A DNA stretch of 64,000 bases from Planctomycetaceae bacterium (lineage in GTDB: Bacteria > Planctomycetota > Planctomycetia > Planctomycetales > Planctomycetaceae): contig JAJDEI010000109.1 of the NCBI GenBank assembly GCA_029259845.1, forward strand, positions 222-64,221. The letters run 5' to 3'. The position numbers were made by a program, and so were the translations under genes. The stretch's first letter is position 1. Every line of letters starts with the position of its first letter. Under the pieces are notes generated by a model. That model was not told the origin of the DNA. It did not search any database and saw nothing but the letters and a program-made list of their open reading frames with translations. Below are positions 63,095-64,000 of this stretch, piece after piece.

Positions 63095-63865
63095 TCAGGC
63101 AGATTGCAGACGCTCGGTCCGTTTTTCGATCGCCGCAGCAACCGACGCTTCGAGCGATTGAAGATAGTGGTCGACGTTCCATTGCAGTTTGTGATCGCCG
63201 ACAACCAGTTCGACGCCGCAAATCAGTTGGGGGTCGACCTCGAATCGGACCGGCTTGTCTCCCAGGCGATCTTTCACCGCGCCGACCAGGGATGCCTCAT
63301 CGTTATCGGTGAGCGGGAATGCGGTGCGCACAATGATGTCGCCGACGGCCTGTCCGTTCCGGGCGGAGCCCCAGGCCTCTTCGTCCTGCTGGTTGAGGTA
63401 AGTCAGAAACTGATGGACCGTCTGCAGCTCCATGTTCTGGTCGGCCAAAGTGGCCATCACGTGACGGACGACCTGCTGCACCTCCCGGGCGGTCCGGGCA
63501 CGAAGCTCGCCGAGGAAATGTTGTTGTTCCCGCGTGATCGAATCATGCCACGTTTGCCGGGCCGCGGCGACGTCCTCTCGGGCCTTCGTGAGGGCCTTGC
63601 GCTTCCATGCTTCGACTTCAGCGGCCGCTTCGCTCACCAGCGACTCTTTGAGATGCGCGAGTTCGGCTTGACGGTTTTCGTATGACTGGCGGGCTTCTTC
63701 GGCGGCCGCTTCTCGCTTCGCGGCGGACTGCAACCGGGCGGCGATCCGCTGTTCGCGCTCATCGATCGCCTTGAGAATCGGCCCATAGAGGAACCGTTTC
63801 AGCAACCAGACGAGGACCAGGAAATTGACAACCTGTGCCCCGAAGCTGAACCAGTCGATCTGCAT
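63095..63865 (-). CDS. atpF: ATP synthase subunit b with delta/OSCP-like C-terminal domain (b-delta fusion)
   Basis: b-type N-terminus MQIDWFSFGAQVVNFLVLVWLLKRFLYGPILKAIDEREQRIA, a long charged helix, then VRFEVDPQLICGVELVVGDHKLQWNVDHYLQSLE resembling the delta C-terminal domain. 256 aa, with a 12-nt gap to atpA and no separate atpH. Confidence 0.75.
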   Translation of the reverse strand: MQIDWFSFGAQVVNFLVLVWLLKRFLYGPILKAIDEREQRIAARLQSAAKREAAAEEARQSYENRQAELAHLKESLVSEAAAEVEAWKRKALTKAREDVAAARQTWHDSITREQQHFLGELRARTAREVQQVVRHVMATLADQNMELQTVHQFLTYLNQQDEEAWGSARNGQAVGDIIVRTAFPLTDNDEASLVGAVKDRLGDKPVRFEVDPQLICGVELVVGDHKLQWNVDHYLQSLEASVAAAIEKRTERLQSA

Positions 63866-64000
63866 TGCTTTGGTGCCTTTTCTCCGAAGCTGTCGTCAAA
63901 TTCGCCATTCACCGTTTTCAAGAATCGGGGAACTGTCCGGTGTCGGCGTCGATCGACGATTGACGGCGAACCATTGAATGGGGTCGTCGTTTAGCGACCG

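Noticed and set aside
63866-64000. Possible 3' end of the upstream ATPase c-subunit gene at the right edge (complement TAA at 63991-63993).
   Set aside because: Only about 3 codons would be inside the window, so it cannot be supported.

Overview
GC-rich (roughly 60% by eye, not computed) chromosomal segment. It looks Planctomycetota-like: a PVC-type heme-binding CxxCH protein, a Tat-signal Gfo/Idh/MocA oxidoreductase, BatA/VWA membrane proteins, a 2113-aa thioester alpha-2-macroglobulin and many Pro-rich secreted or membrane hypotheticals. I call about 41 protein genes. I recognised no rRNA, tRNA, CRISPR array, transposase, integrase or prophage genes. Housekeeping genes are scattered singly: ftsW/rodA-like (cut by the left edge), glnS, fliA, rnhA, infA, hisF, rluB-like and pyrK-like. 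Other recognisable genes include a beta-carbonic anhydrase plus SulP operon, a TolC-like protein, a thioredoxin-TPR protein, tandem LRR and tandem VWA paralogues, and an AAA+ ATPase. The right end carries the 3' part of an N-ATPase-type operon (b/delta fusion, alpha, gamma). Four things seem most worth a second look. (1) hisF has an in-frame insert of about 48 residues built from two inverted heptanucleotide arrays (foldback-element-like); related heptamer arrays sit in frame inside the alpha-2-macroglobulin gene. (2) The N-ATPase-type operon tail has no beta/epsilon genes after gamma. Instead a VIT1/CCC1 metal transporter is translationally coupled to gamma, and a MITE-like unit sits between alpha and gamma. 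(3) There is a secreted 67-residue peptide made almost only of Gly, Tyr and His. (4) An orphan FlgF/FlgG-like rod protein carries a long membrane-anchored N-terminal extension. Several families of short hairpin (REP-like) repeats litter the intergenic regions and occasionally supply the last codons of genes. I see no convincing complete new multi-gene system. All functional calls rest on motif recognition from the translations, not on database searches.
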